From contig CAVWNI010000001.1 in NCBI GenBank assembly GCA_963756315.1, forward strand, positions 48,801 through 112,800: a stretch of DNA of 64,000 bases, written 5' to 3'. Source of the DNA: an uncultured Acidobacteriota bacterium. Lineage in GTDB: Bacteria; Acidobacteriota; Terriglobia; Terriglobales; Acidobacteriaceae. Within the stretch, counting starts at the first letter, position 1. Every line of letters begins with the position of its first letter. Shown here piece by piece: positions 37,220 through 47,952 of the stretch. The translations under genes were made by a program, and so were the position numbers. The notes beneath the pieces are model-generated. The model was not told where the DNA came from, did no database searches, and saw only the letters and a program-made list of their open reading frames with translations.

Positions 37220-39700
37220 CTATTCCTCGCGCAACGCCTGCATTGGATCTACGGCGGCGGCCCGTTGCGCGGGCAGTGCCGAGGCAGCCAGCGCCAGCAT
37301 CAGAATGGCGGCTGCGGCGCCGGCTACTACGAGCGGATCAAACGGATCGACCTGAAACAGTAAGGAGCGCATCAATCGCGCGACGACCAGCGCACCCGCG
37401 AGTCCCAGGACGCATCCCACCCCGGCGAGCTTGGCTCCAGAGAAAAGGATCAGCCGCAGGACACCGGATCTGGGCGCGCCCAGCGCCAGGCGAATCGCCA
37501 TTTCCTGCGTCCGCAGAGCAACCGAGAACGCAATCACGCTATAGATGCCCAAGACCGCCAGCAGCACGGAAATGACTCCGAATGCGCTGATGAGGCTGGT
37601 ATCGAAACGGCGGGGGGCTTCCGAATCTGACACCGCCTGGTCCATCGACTGTACATTCGTGATCGCGAGCTGAGGGTCGAGCGAATGAAAGGTTGCGCGT
37701 AGTGAATTTTCTACCTGCTCCGGTTCCATGGCCGTTCGCAGAACCACCGACATGGTGCTTCCATGGACGTCATCCGGTCTCGCCATGCTTCCATCCGATC
37801 GACGTACCTGGGCCACCGGCTGATAAAACTGCATTTGCGTCTCGCTATCCGGAGCATCCAGGGTGACGTCAGGAATCTCGCCGACAATGGTGAGCCAGGG
37901 CCTAGCCATGGAGGGCATCCCCAACCGAATGCGCTTCCCTATCGGATCTTGCCCGGGCCAGTAATGTTCGGCCAGCTTGCGGTTTACGATGACGACCAGT
38001 TGGGAGTCGGCGTCATCGGAATCGCTGAAGAAGCGACCGTGCAACAGCGGAATCTCCATCGTCCGAAAAAATTCGCCTTTGACGTAGAAAAACATGGCGA
38101 TGTTCAGTGCTGCGCCTTTTGGCGGGACATAGCCGTCGGGAATAAAGACACCTTCGATTGCGGCGTCCATCGGCAACGCCGACGTGAGCGCAGCCGATTT
38201 GGTGCCCGGAAGCTGTTGCAGTCGACGCAGCAGTTCCAGATTGAAGCTGTCTGCTTCAGCCTGGGTGCTGTATTGTTTCTGCGGCAGAGAGTACGACGCA
38301 GTGACAATATGTTGCGGATGGAATCCCAGGTTTACATCTCGCATCTTTTGGAAACTGCGCAGCAGCAAGCCGGATGCGATGAGAAGAATCAGAGCCACCG
38401 CAATTTCAGACACCACCAAAACGGAGCGCAATCGCGCATGGGTGCCCCCCACGCTTCCTGTGCGGCCGCCTTCTTTCAATGCTTCGTTCATGTTGGTGCG
38501 GAGCGCAGCAAAGGCAGGAGCCAGGCCGCAGAGGATGCCGGTGGCAATTGCCAGCGACAAGGCAAATGCCGCCACCATTTTGTTTAAGTGAATATCGCTA
38601 ATGCGCGGCAGCGTCTCCGGCAGCATGCTGACGCAAAGGTGAATCGTGATTCCGGCGAGCGCAATCCCGAGCAAACCGCCGGCGACGCTGAGGAGCAGGC
38701 TTTCCAGCAATGTCTGGCGCACCAGCCTGGCGGGTCTCGCGCCCATCGCCAACCGCACAGCCGTCTCGCGTCGACGGCGAATGGCGCGCACCAGCAATAG
38801 TCCGGCGAGATTGGCGCACGCGACCAGCAGAACGACAATGACCGCCAGAAAAAGGATTTGAACCATGGGGCGGGCCTGCTCCACCGTGTCCGTTTGCAGT
38901 GGCTTAACGAGCGCGCTGATATGTAATCCGGCCATGCGCGGCGGATAGTTGCGCATGATCTCGAGCGCGACTCTGTTGGCATCTTGCTGCGCCTGGAGCA
39001 TGGTAACGCTGGGCTTGAGACGCGCAACCATTTGATAGCCCCAGCGCGAGGCGCCGACCGTGAGTTCATCCTGAGTAAAACTCATCGGCACCCATAATTC
39101 CGCCTGGTTCAGATGGCCCGGCACCAGGGGAAACTCAAAGCTGCGCGGCATCACGCCGATGATGAGATATGGGTTGCGATTCAGCAGCAGTTTCTTGCCG
39201 AGAATGTCGCGGTCGCCATGAAAGCGGCTCATCCACGTGGCGTAGCTGAGTACGGCGACCTGCTCGTTCTGCTCGTCGTCCCGTTGTGTGAATACGTGAC
39301 CCAGCAACGGCGCGACGCCGAGTGTCTGGAAAACGCCGGCGGTCAATCGCCCGGCGTTGATCTCTGCGGGCTCGCCCGCGCCGGATAATTCGTACTGAGT
39401 GGTAATGTATCCACCCGCGCTGCTGAAGGCTTGCGTCTGTTGCGTGTAAGTGCGAACCTCGGGAGCGGTAACACTTGTGTTAGTTCCAGCGCTGAGCCCC
39501 TTCAGTTGATCACCGAACGCCACCAGTTGGCCTGGGTCGCGAAACGGCAATGGTCGCAGCAATACGCCATCGACGATAGAAAAGATTGCCGTCGTGGCAC
39601 CGATGCCTAAGGCCAGCGTCAGCACGGCCGTCACCGTAAATCCGGGTGATTTGCGCAACTGCCGAATCGCGTAGCGAACATCGTGGAGTAAAGTGCCCAT
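37220..39700 (-). CDS. ADOP-type duplicated FtsX/MacB-like permease P4
   Basis: [22 protein letters not shown]... ends in DPMQALREE. 826 aa. Confidence 0.92.
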   Translation of the reverse strand: MGTLLHDVRYAIRQLRKSPGFTVTAVLTLALGIGATTAIFSIVDGVLLRPLPFRDPGQLVAFGDQLKGLSAGTNTSVTAPEVRTYTQQTQAFSSAGGYITTQYELSGAGEPAEINAGRLTAGVFQTLGVAPLLGHVFTQRDDEQNEQVAVLSYATWMSRFHGDRDILGKKLLLNRNPYLIIGVMPRSFEFPLVPGHLNQAELWVPMSFTQDELTVGASRWGYQMVARLKPSVTMLQAQQDANRVALEIMRNYPPRMAGLHISALVKPLQTDTVEQARPMVQILFLAVIVVLLVACANLAGLLLVRAIRRRRETAVRLAMGARPARLVRQTLLESLLLSVAGGLLGIALAGITIHLCVSMLPETLPRISDIHLNKMVAAFALSLAIATGILCGLAPAFAALRTNMNEALKEGGRTGSVGGTHARLRSVLVVSEIAVALILLIASGLLLRSFQKMRDVNLGFHPQHIVTASYSLPQKQYSTQAEADSFNLELLRRLQQLPGTKSAALTSALPMDAAIEGVFIPDGYVPPKGAALNIAMFFYVKGEFFRTMEIPLLHGRFFSDSDDADSQLVVIVNRKLAEHYWPGQDPIGKRIRLGMPSMARPWLTIVGEIPDVTLDAPDSETQMQFYQPVAQVRRSDGSMARPDDVHGSTMSVVLRTAMEPEQVENSLRATFHSLDPQLAITNVQSMDQAVSDSEAPRRFDTSLISAFGVISVLLAVLGIYSVIAFSVALRTQEMAIRLALGAPRSGVLRLILFSGAKLAGVGCVLGLAGALVVARLMRSLLFQVDPFDPLVVAGAAAAILMLALAASALPAQRAAAVDPMQALREE

Positions 39701-39713
39701 GGATTCGTTTCCC

Positions 39714-42143
39714 CTATTCCGACCGCAATGCTTGCATCGGTTCGATGGAAGCCGCCCGCAACGCCGGTATCAAACCGGCCAACAGCCCGACCACTGCCAG
39801 GACAAAAATGGGCAGCAGGAAGGAAAGCAACGTGGCCGCGTCAAGATTCGCAAAGAGCCGTATCAGCAAAAAGCGCGCCAGAACTGAAAGAATGATGCCC
39901 AGCACTAGCCCAACAGCCATCAGTCTGGCAGCGCTTTGCAGGACCATTCCGACAATTTGTCGGCGTTCCGCGCCCAATGCCATGCGAATGCCAATCTCCG
40001 TGGTTCGTTGGGCGGCGGTGTAACTGATGAGTCCGTAGATACCCACGACAGACAGGAGCAGCGCCAACAACGCGAACCCGGTGAGCAGCCAGACAATGAG
40101 CCGTCGCCCAGCCAGAGATTCCTGCACCATGGAGCCGAGAGTCTCGATGTCAAAGATTGTTTGCGACGGATCGACCGCCGCAGTCGAGCGCTGCAGTGCG
40201 CCTTGCAGGGTGTAGGGGTCCCCATCGGCGCGGGCGATGAAGGCTGCCATCGGTACAGGATTTTGCGCGTATGACTCGTACACAATTCCTTTACCCGTGT
40301 CCTCTGCCAGCGAACTGAGCCGCACGTGGCTGACAACGCCGACTATCTGATGCCAGGGAGTGGCTCTTCCAAACCGCAGATATTTTCCAATCGGATCCTG
40401 ACCAGGCCAGTAGGCACGCGCTAGGTTCTCATCGATGACGACGACCGGTGCTGTGTTGTCGCGGTCTTCCGGAGTGAACCAACGACCCGCACGCAACGGA
40501 ATCCGCATCACCTGCAGATATCCCGGAGTGACCCAGGCCCGGTAGCTATGTGGGCCGGGATCGTTGGGGCCACTTGGACGGCCTTCAATGCTGAACGATC
40601 CCGACGGCATATCGCCGCTGAATGGCAGCGGATAGACGGCCGCCGATGCCCGCACCCCTGGCTGCTGTGATAGCTGTTGGGTAACGCCGGCAATAAAGTT
40701 TGAGCGACGTGGCGCATCATTCTGATACTGCACACCGCTCAGGTTCACGGCACCTGTCAGGACGCCCTGGGGATCAAAGCCGGGATTCACATGCTGCAAT
40801 TGCCTCAAGCTGGCGAGAAATAATCCCGTTCCGGTCAACAGCAACAAGGACAGCGCGACCTCAGCGATGACGAGCGTAGAGCGCAGACGTTGACGCTCCG
40901 CTGAAACGGTTGCGTTGCGAACCCCTTCATGCAAGCGAAGATTTTTTTGACCGTGGACGATTCTCAGCACAGGCGCCAGGCCTGCCAGAGTTGCAGTCAG
41001 CAATCCCGCGACCGCCGCAAATGCCAGGACCGCCGGTTCCGTGCGCACATCAAATCCAGCCGCCAAATCTCTTGGCACCAGCCACAGCAACAGTCTGCCA
41101 AAGGGCGGACCGGCCAGCACTCCCACCAGCGTTGCTGTGCCCGCCAATAGAAGTGTCTCCACCAGCAACTGACGGACCAGCCGCCAGGCGGGTGCGCCGA
41201 AGGCTGTGCGCAGGACCATCTCCTGGCTGCGCGCCGCGCCCCGAGCCAAAAACAGCCCTGCGACGTTGGCACAGGCAATCAACAGAACCGCCAGCACCAC
41301 TCCCAGCAAAACGTAGAGAGGTCTGCGCAACTGGCCGGCGATCAACTCCGTATAGGGAATCGCAAACATACCCCAGCCGGAAGCCTGGCTGTATGGGTTT
41401 TTGTACTTGCGAAACAGCTCCTGCATCTTCGATTGCAGACCGGCATTCAGCTGTGCGACATCCACTCCCGGCTGCAGACGAGCAATGCCGTCATACATCT
41501 CGTCGAAATATTGATCCGCGCTGTATGCAGCCGGCGCCAGACCCAGCGGCACCCATACATCCCGTCCTCGCGGCCAATCGAAATCACTGCGCATCACACC
41601 GATCACGCGATAGGCCTGTTGATCCAGCAAAATTGTCTTGCCGATCGCATCTCTCTGTCCGCCGAACACACGCTGCCAGGTGCCGTAGCTCAAAACAACT
41701 TCGTGGTTGGCATTAGGTTGGTCTTCCTCCGCCGTGAAGGTGCGTCCCAGAATCGGACGCGCCCCCAACACTTTGAACCACTGCCAGCTAACGTTGGCAG
41801 CCGCCAAATGCTGGGTTCGTCCATCCACCATGGAATTGAAGCTTCCCGACTGTTCCAGTGCCGCATATTCGACTTGTTTCTTGAGCGAAAGCGCATCCGC
41901 AAAATCGGGCACCGAGACCCCAATACTCGCCAAATTCAGATGGGTATAGCGCACCCGCAGCGCCACCACACGCGCCGGATCTCCGATTCCCGCAGGATGC
42001 AACAACACGGCCTGGATCAAACTAAAGATCGCAGTGGTCGCGCCGATTCCCAGCGCCAGCGTCAACACCGCCGTGACCGCAAATCCAGGCGACTTGCGCA
42101 ACTGCCGAATTGCATAGCGAACATCGTTGAGGAAATTGGTCAT
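39714..42143 (-). CDS. ADOP-type duplicated FtsX/MacB-like permease P3
   Basis: [22 protein letters not shown]... ends in EPMQALRSE. 809 aa. Confidence 0.92.
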   Translation of the reverse strand: MTNFLNDVRYAIRQLRKSPGFAVTAVLTLALGIGATTAIFSLIQAVLLHPAGIGDPARVVALRVRYTHLNLASIGVSVPDFADALSLKKQVEYAALEQSGSFNSMVDGRTQHLAAANVSWQWFKVLGARPILGRTFTAEEDQPNANHEVVLSYGTWQRVFGGQRDAIGKTILLDQQAYRVIGVMRSDFDWPRGRDVWVPLGLAPAAYSADQYFDEMYDGIARLQPGVDVAQLNAGLQSKMQELFRKYKNPYSQASGWGMFAIPYTELIAGQLRRPLYVLLGVVLAVLLIACANVAGLFLARGAARSQEMVLRTAFGAPAWRLVRQLLVETLLLAGTATLVGVLAGPPFGRLLLWLVPRDLAAGFDVRTEPAVLAFAAVAGLLTATLAGLAPVLRIVHGQKNLRLHEGVRNATVSAERQRLRSTLVIAEVALSLLLLTGTGLFLASLRQLQHVNPGFDPQGVLTGAVNLSGVQYQNDAPRRSNFIAGVTQQLSQQPGVRASAAVYPLPFSGDMPSGSFSIEGRPSGPNDPGPHSYRAWVTPGYLQVMRIPLRAGRWFTPEDRDNTAPVVVIDENLARAYWPGQDPIGKYLRFGRATPWHQIVGVVSHVRLSSLAEDTGKGIVYESYAQNPVPMAAFIARADGDPYTLQGALQRSTAAVDPSQTIFDIETLGSMVQESLAGRRLIVWLLTGFALLALLLSVVGIYGLISYTAAQRTTEIGIRMALGAERRQIVGMVLQSAARLMAVGLVLGIILSVLARFLLIRLFANLDAATLLSFLLPIFVLAVVGLLAGLIPALRAASIEPMQALRSE

Positions 42144-42154
42144 GACTTGGCTCT

Positions 42155-44659
42155 TTATTCAGAACGCAACGCTTGTATCGGATCGACCGAAGCAGCCCGC
42201 CGGGCTGGGATCCAGCACGCGACCAGCGCAATCAGGAACAAAATAGCCAACCCGGCAATAAAGGTGACAGGATCGGAGGGAGAAACCTGGTAGAGCTGCG
42301 AGGCAAGCCAGTGGGTGGCGATGACTGAAACGACGGCACCAAGAAACACGCCGGAACTAGCCAGTTTCAAACCCTCCATCAATACCAGGCGGCTGACTGC
42401 ATTGCGTTGCGCGCCCAGCGCCATGCGCACGCCAATTTCCCGGGTGCGCTGACGCACGGTGTAGGCCAGCACACCGCCAATGCCGGCCGCCGCCAGCAGC
42501 AGCGCGATCGCGGCGAAGATGCCAAGGACGAAGCTGTTGAACCGCTGCGGCGCAACGTCGGTGTCGACCATCTCCGTCATGGTGTGGATGTCAGTCACCG
42601 GCAGAGAGGGATCGATGGAATGAACGGTCGACACCAGCAGGTTCTGCATCGATGCCGGGTCTTGCTGGGTGCGGACTGCTAAGTACAAATTCCGCAGTTC
42701 GTCGACATTCGGATCCACGAAGAAATTCAGGTCCGCTTGCCCCATACTCCCCGTCTCTTGCAAATATGGCGTATAGCTTTCCGGGGCCGCGGCCTTGTCC
42801 ATCCCATTGGCCCTGACACCCGCGACCACGCCGACCACGGTTAGCCACGGCACCTTGGATTGAATGAGACCGTGCTTGATGCGATGACCCAGCGGGTCCA
42901 TACCGGGAAAATAGCGGTTCGCAAATTCCTGACTGACGATGACGACGGGCTGCGAACCTTCTTTATCCTGGGGCGTGAATAACCGACCGCGGATCAGCCG
43001 AATGCCCATGGCGGGGAAATAGTCGCCCATGACCCAGGTGTGCTGAACATTGACCGATACCGGCGGACGACCGGGCAATGGCTCGACGGTGAATGTGTCC
43101 TGCTCGCTGATGTGCGTTGGGGGACTGGTCGTCAGTCCAGCGTCGCGTACGCCGGGCAGTGGCGTCGTCCTGGTCAACAATTCGCTATAGAAGTTCTTGA
43201 TCTGTTCCGGCGTGGAATACGCCGCGAGCGGCAGGGTCATCGACATCGTCAAGACATGATCCGGCCGGAAACCAGGATTGGTTTCTGTCAAACGCTGGAA
43301 GCTGCGCAACAACAGACCCGCAGTGACCAGCAACACCATGGCGAGGGCAAACTGCGACGTTACCAGCAGGCCCAGAGTGCGGTGGCGACTGCGACCGGCC
43401 ATCCCGGAGCGGCCACCTTCATACAGGCTGTCGTTGGGATCGACGCGCAACGCGCGCAGCGCCGGAATCAGTCCTGTCAGCAAGGCCGTGAGCAGACAAA
43501 TGCCAAAGCAGAATGCGAGCACGCCGCCATTAATGTTGATGGACCCAGCACGCGGAAGATCGACGGGTGCGGCCGTAACCAGCAGATGCATGGCGCCATA
43601 GGCCAATGGCAATCCGAGCAGGCCGCCCGCAATCGCAAGCAGAAGGCTTTCTGAGAGCAACTGCGAAAAGACCCGGGCGCGCGGCGCACCGACGGCAATG
43701 CGCATCGCCAATTCGCGTCGGCGTCCGGCGGTTCTGGCAAGCAGAAGATTGGCCACGTCCACGCAGGCGATCAGCAAGACCAGCAGCACGCTGAACTGCA
43801 ACAGCATCAGGCGGCTGCGCACGGTTCCGACGACCTGGTCGTTATAGGGAGCCGCGCTTGCGCCCACCTTGAACAGCGGATTGCCGTGCAGCGCCGGCGG
43901 GTAGAGCTTGTACGACTGCTGGACCAGGCCGTAGACTTCCGCACTCGCCTGAGGAATGGTGACACCGGGTTTCAGGCGCGCGATGACGCTGTAATTGAAT
44001 TCGTCGCCGAAGTCATGTAACTGCCCGGGAGTGAAATGCATGGGAAGATACATTGCCGCCGGGGTGTTATTGTTGCTCTCTCCGTGGTTTGGAAAAACCA
44101 GCGAGCGCCCCATGACTCCGATAACCGTGTAGGGCTTTCTGTTCAGAAAAATGGTTTGTCCGATGACACCCGGATTGGACGCAAAATGTTGCCTCCAGAA
44201 CGCGTTGTTCAACACCACAACCGGTGCGCCCGTGGAATCTTCCTGTTCTGTAAACGTACGGCCCAACTCCGGCGTAACGCCGAGGACAGAAAACAACGAC
44301 GCGCCGACCCGCTCCCCGTGCACGCGGGCCGGATCACCGCTTCCGGAAAGCTCATAATCTTCGTCACGGTAAGCCGCCATGCCGCTGAAACGGGTAGCTT
44401 GTCGCCGCACGTAGGTATAGTCGGGGGCGGAAAACGTGATTTGTTGAAAGCCGAGGCCCGGAAGAGACTCGAATAGCGTAACCAGGGATTGCGGATTTTT
44501 GTATGGGAGCGAACGCAGCAACACACCGTCCACGATGCTGTAGATCGCGGTCGACGCCCCGATCCCGATTGCCAGCGTGCAGATGGCGAGAGCAGCGAAT
44601 CCGGGCGCCTTGCGCAACTGCCGGAGCGCATAGCGAAGATCATTGAGAAAATTGGTCAT
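42155..44659 (-). CDS. ADOP-type duplicated FtsX/MacB-like permease P2
   Basis: MTNFLNDLRYALRQLRKAPGFA... ends in DPIQALRSE. 834 aa, with GGAGG in the 11-nt spacer upstream. Confidence 0.92.
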   Translation of the reverse strand: MTNFLNDLRYALRQLRKAPGFAALAICTLAIGIGASTAIYSIVDGVLLRSLPYKNPQSLVTLFESLPGLGFQQITFSAPDYTYVRRQATRFSGMAAYRDEDYELSGSGDPARVHGERVGASLFSVLGVTPELGRTFTEQEDSTGAPVVVLNNAFWRQHFASNPGVIGQTIFLNRKPYTVIGVMGRSLVFPNHGESNNNTPAAMYLPMHFTPGQLHDFGDEFNYSVIARLKPGVTIPQASAEVYGLVQQSYKLYPPALHGNPLFKVGASAAPYNDQVVGTVRSRLMLLQFSVLLVLLIACVDVANLLLARTAGRRRELAMRIAVGAPRARVFSQLLSESLLLAIAGGLLGLPLAYGAMHLLVTAAPVDLPRAGSININGGVLAFCFGICLLTALLTGLIPALRALRVDPNDSLYEGGRSGMAGRSRHRTLGLLVTSQFALAMVLLVTAGLLLRSFQRLTETNPGFRPDHVLTMSMTLPLAAYSTPEQIKNFYSELLTRTTPLPGVRDAGLTTSPPTHISEQDTFTVEPLPGRPPVSVNVQHTWVMGDYFPAMGIRLIRGRLFTPQDKEGSQPVVIVSQEFANRYFPGMDPLGHRIKHGLIQSKVPWLTVVGVVAGVRANGMDKAAAPESYTPYLQETGSMGQADLNFFVDPNVDELRNLYLAVRTQQDPASMQNLLVSTVHSIDPSLPVTDIHTMTEMVDTDVAPQRFNSFVLGIFAAIALLLAAAGIGGVLAYTVRQRTREIGVRMALGAQRNAVSRLVLMEGLKLASSGVFLGAVVSVIATHWLASQLYQVSPSDPVTFIAGLAILFLIALVACWIPARRAASVDPIQALRSE

Positions 44660-44670
44660 CGTCCGCCTCC

Positions 44671-47199
44671 TTATTCAGAACGTAATGCCTGCATGGGATC
44701 GACCGAGGCCGCGCGGCGCGCGGGCAAAAGACAGGCCGCCGCCCCGGCAACCAGTAGCGACGCAGCCGCGGCGGCCGCAATCCACGGATTGAATGCGTTC
44801 ACCTGAAATAGAAGGCTTCCGATCAGTCGTGCAAAACCAAGCGCAACCGCGACCCCGATGACAGTCCCTGCGATCACTGGACCCAGACCTTCGCGAAGGA
44901 CCTGGGAATAAATGTTGGCGCGCTGTGCCCCCAGCGCCATGCGCAGGCCAATTTCCTGCCGCCGCTGCGCCACGGAATATGTGACCACGCCATACACACC
45001 CAGCCCGGCAAGCAGCCAGGCGCTGACAGCAAATAGCAGGAGCAAATCCATTTCAAACCGACGGGTCGCGACGGAGTCGGCCACTACACCGCCCAGCATA
45101 CGAACGGTGGGTACGGAAACCGCGGGATCTACGCTCCAGATGGTTTTGCGGATCGCGCTGGCCATCTCCGCCGGGTCTTGCCGGGTGCGAACTAAAAATC
45201 CTGCGGACGCATCCGCGCGATACCAGTACGGGACATACACCATCATGGGATCGGGCTTGGCGAGCGTTACGGTCCTGGCGTCACCCACGACGCCGATGAC
45301 GGTAAATTCCGTCAATTTGGAATCCGCAGGATCGCCCCGATCGAACCGCTGACCGATTGGGTTCCTGCCCGGCCAAAGCGCTTTAGCTGTGAGTTGGGAG
45401 ACGAGTGCGTCGTTCTTTCCCTCGTCGCTGCCACTCAAAAAGCGACCGGCAATCAGCGGCAAATGGATGGTCTCAAAATATCCAGGGCTGACCCAGCGAA
45501 ACTGCGCCAATGGCAACTGCATAATTGCCCGTGCATCGCCTGGAAGGCGAACCCAGTCGCCCCAATCATTACCGGTGAGCGGCAACACGCTTACGATCGC
45601 CGCGTGCTCCACGCCAGGGAGGCGCGTGAGCCGGTCGAGCGCCCTTTTGTAAAAGGCAGCATGATCCTGCTGGTCGGGGTAATACTTATAGGGCAGATAG
45701 ATCTGTACGGTCAGCACCCGCGCAGTGTCAAAGCCGCGACCGATATGTAAGAGCCGGAACAAGCTGGTCGTCAATAAACCCGTGATAAGCACCAACGCCA
45801 CGCTGATCAAGACCTCCGCCGCAACCAACGTCTTGCGCAACCGCTTGCCTGCGGGCGATTCACTGGCGGAACGGGAATCGCTGCGCAATGCCGCCTGCGG
45901 CTGGGTATGCCAACTGATCCACGCTGGCGCGACGCCCGCGAGCAGGGTGGCCGCCCCAGCCAGCAGGACTGCAAAGCCGGCACCTGCCCAGTCGATGTGC
46001 AGGTTTCCGCGGAAGTTCAGCGCGGCAGGCAAAAAGCGCTGAAGAATTGGAACGGTCACGACAGCCAATAGAATTCCCAGCGCGCCGCCAATGCCGGCAA
46101 GAACGCCGGCCTCCCTGATTGCAACCCGCGCCAGGTCGGAGCGACTGGCCCCAAGTGCCGCTGCGACCGCCAACTCCTGCCGTCGGCCAACGGCGCGAGC
46201 CAGCAATAGATTTGCGATGTTGATGCAGCCGACGAACAGCAATCCAGCAACCGCGCCTAACAAGATACCGAGCGACTTGCCGTTGTTGCCCACAAGATAT
46301 TGCTGGAATGGCGTGAACACAGCGGAGAGTGTCCCATGTTCATCCGCAGGCAGGCTGGCCGCGATGGTGTGCTGCAGCGCATTGATTTCCGCGTTTGCCT
46401 GAGCAACCGAGACGCCGGGCTTCAACCGCGCCAGTCCAAAGTAATTGAAGTCTCCCATGGCTTCCTGCAGCCGGTCTTTTGAAAACGCCATCGGCACAAT
46501 CGCTTCGGTCGATTCTGACCGACTGGTGACATCTTGACTGGCGATCGTATGTATATTCGGCAAACGAAACGATGGCGGCATGACGCCGATCACGGCGTAA
46601 GGATAGCCATCGAGCGTAATGGTCTTGCCAAGGATGCCGGGATCACTGTGAAACTGCCGCTTCCATAAGTCATGCATCAGTACGACGACACGCTCATGCC
46701 CGGGTTGATCTTCCTGTGCGGTAAAAGTGCGGCCAAGCTGTGGGTTTGCATCGAGGACGGAAAAGATGGCGGAGGTGGCGCTCAACTCGCCCACCTGGAG
46801 CGGATGCCCGCCACCGCCAAGGGGAACGTTGCCCTGCTGCATGACAGCCATCGACTGCAGGCTGTGGCTATGCTGCTGCCAGTTCATGAAATGGTTGGCG
46901 TTCATGGGCAGCGTGGGGTAAAGGTCCCGCAACTCGGCGACCTGCTCTTCCATCACCACCAGCTGCTCCGGATGCGGATACGGCAGCGGCTTCTTCAGCA
47001 CATCGTAGACCAGGGTAAAGATTGCAGTGGTCGCGCCAATCCCCAGCGCCAGCGTCAGCACAGCGGTCGCCGTAAATCCGGGCGACTTGCGCAGCTGCCG
47101 CCATGCATAGCGAAGATCGGCCCAGACCCCCTCACTGCAGCAATTCCCTTTCCGCGGCCAATTTGCGACGCAGATCCTCTTCGGATACGACCTGGCCAT
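44671..47199 (-). CDS. ADOP-type duplicated FtsX/MacB-like permease P1 (start problematic)
   Basis: ...[19 protein letters not shown]... ends in DPMQALRSE. The only canonical in-frame start near the 5' end is ATG 47199, which overlaps ATPase 1 by 68 nt. See the finding on the G5 tract at 47127-47131. Confidence 0.75.
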   Translation of the reverse strand: MARSYPKRICVANWPRKGNCCSEGVWADLRYAWRQLRKSPGFTATAVLTLALGIGATTAIFTLVYDVLKKPLPYPHPEQLVVMEEQVAELRDLYPTLPMNANHFMNWQQHSHSLQSMAVMQQGNVPLGGGGHPLQVGELSATSAIFSVLDANPQLGRTFTAQEDQPGHERVVVLMHDLWKRQFHSDPGILGKTITLDGYPYAVIGVMPPSFRLPNIHTIASQDVTSRSESTEAIVPMAFSKDRLQEAMGDFNYFGLARLKPGVSVAQANAEINALQHTIAASLPADEHGTLSAVFTPFQQYLVGNNGKSLGILLGAVAGLLFVGCINIANLLLARAVGRRQELAVAAALGASRSDLARVAIREAGVLAGIGGALGILLAVVTVPILQRFLPAALNFRGNLHIDWAGAGFAVLLAGAATLLAGVAPAWISWHTQPQAALRSDSRSASESPAGKRLRKTLVAAEVLISVALVLITGLLTTSLFRLLHIGRGFDTARVLTVQIYLPYKYYPDQQDHAAFYKRALDRLTRLPGVEHAAIVSVLPLTGNDWGDWVRLPGDARAIMQLPLAQFRWVSPGYFETIHLPLIAGRFLSGSDEGKNDALVSQLTAKALWPGRNPIGQRFDRGDPADSKLTEFTVIGVVGDARTVTLAKPDPMMVYVPYWYRADASAGFLVRTRQDPAEMASAIRKTIWSVDPAVSVPTVRMLGGVVADSVATRRFEMDLLLLFAVSAWLLAGLGVYGVVTYSVAQRRQEIGLRMALGAQRANIYSQVLREGLGPVIAGTVIGVAVALGFARLIGSLLFQVNAFNPWIAAAAAASLLVAGAAACLLPARRAASVDPMQALRSE

Positions 47200-47866
47200 C
47201 GAACAAATGGACTTCGCGGTCTGCCAGCTTGGCGAAGCGCGGATCGTGGGTGACCATGCAGATGGTCGCGCCATCTTTGTGGAGTTCTTTCAGCAACTCC
47301 ATCACCGCTTCGCCATTGCGAGAGTCGAGGTTTCCAGTCGGCTCGTCGGCCAGCAGGATGGAAGGTGACCCGGCCAGGGCGCGAGCCACGGCGACGCGCT
47401 GCTGCTGGCCGCCGGAGAGCTGCGAAGGATAATGTCGCAGCCGATGCGCCATACCCACGCGGCTCAATGCTTCATCCACCCGCCGCTTACGCTCGACGGA
47501 GGGCATTCCGGAGCGATAGGTCAGCGGCAGTTCGACATTTTCATATACGGTCAGGTCGCCGATCAGGTTGAAACTCTGGAAGATGAATCCAATCTCCTGA
47601 TTGCGAATGCGCGAACGCTCTGCAAAGCTGAGATTCTCTACCGGGCGCGTATTCAGCAGGTAGCTGCCGCCACTCGGCGTATCCAACAGTCCCAGGATAG
47701 AGAGCAGGGTGGACTTGCCGCAGCCTGAAGGTCCCGAGATGGCAACGTATTCTCCGCGGTCGATGTTGAGGTGAATGCCCGCCAATGCGTGAGTTTCAAT
47801 CTCATCGGTGTAGAAAACTTTGGTGAGCGCTTCTATATGAATCAGCGATTGCTCGGTTGCTGCCAT
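47132..47866 (-). CDS. ABC transporter ATP-binding protein, MacB/LolD-type (ATPase 1)
   Basis: MAATEQSLIHIEALTKVFY... with Walker A GPSGCGKS, signature LSGGQQQRVAVARAL, Walker B LLADEPT and H-loop VTHD. GAGAGGA RBS is present. The ORF track extends to 47935. Confidence 0.9.
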   Translation of the reverse strand: MAATEQSLIHIEALTKVFYTDEIETHALAGIHLNIDRGEYVAISGPSGCGKSTLLSILGLLDTPSGGSYLLNTRPVENLSFAERSRIRNQEIGFIFQSFNLIGDLTVYENVELPLTYRSGMPSVERKRRVDEALSRVGMAHRLRHYPSQLSGGQQQRVAVARALAGSPSILLADEPTGNLDSRNGEAVMELLKELHKDGATICMVTHDPRFAKLADREVHLFDGQVVSEEDLRRKLAAERELLQ

Positions 47867-47952
47867 GCGTGGGTCCTCTCTCGAACGAATGAACTGGATG
47901 CACTTCTGTATGTATCTACGTAATCTTTGAGACAAAGGTTCTCAGTCGGCTA

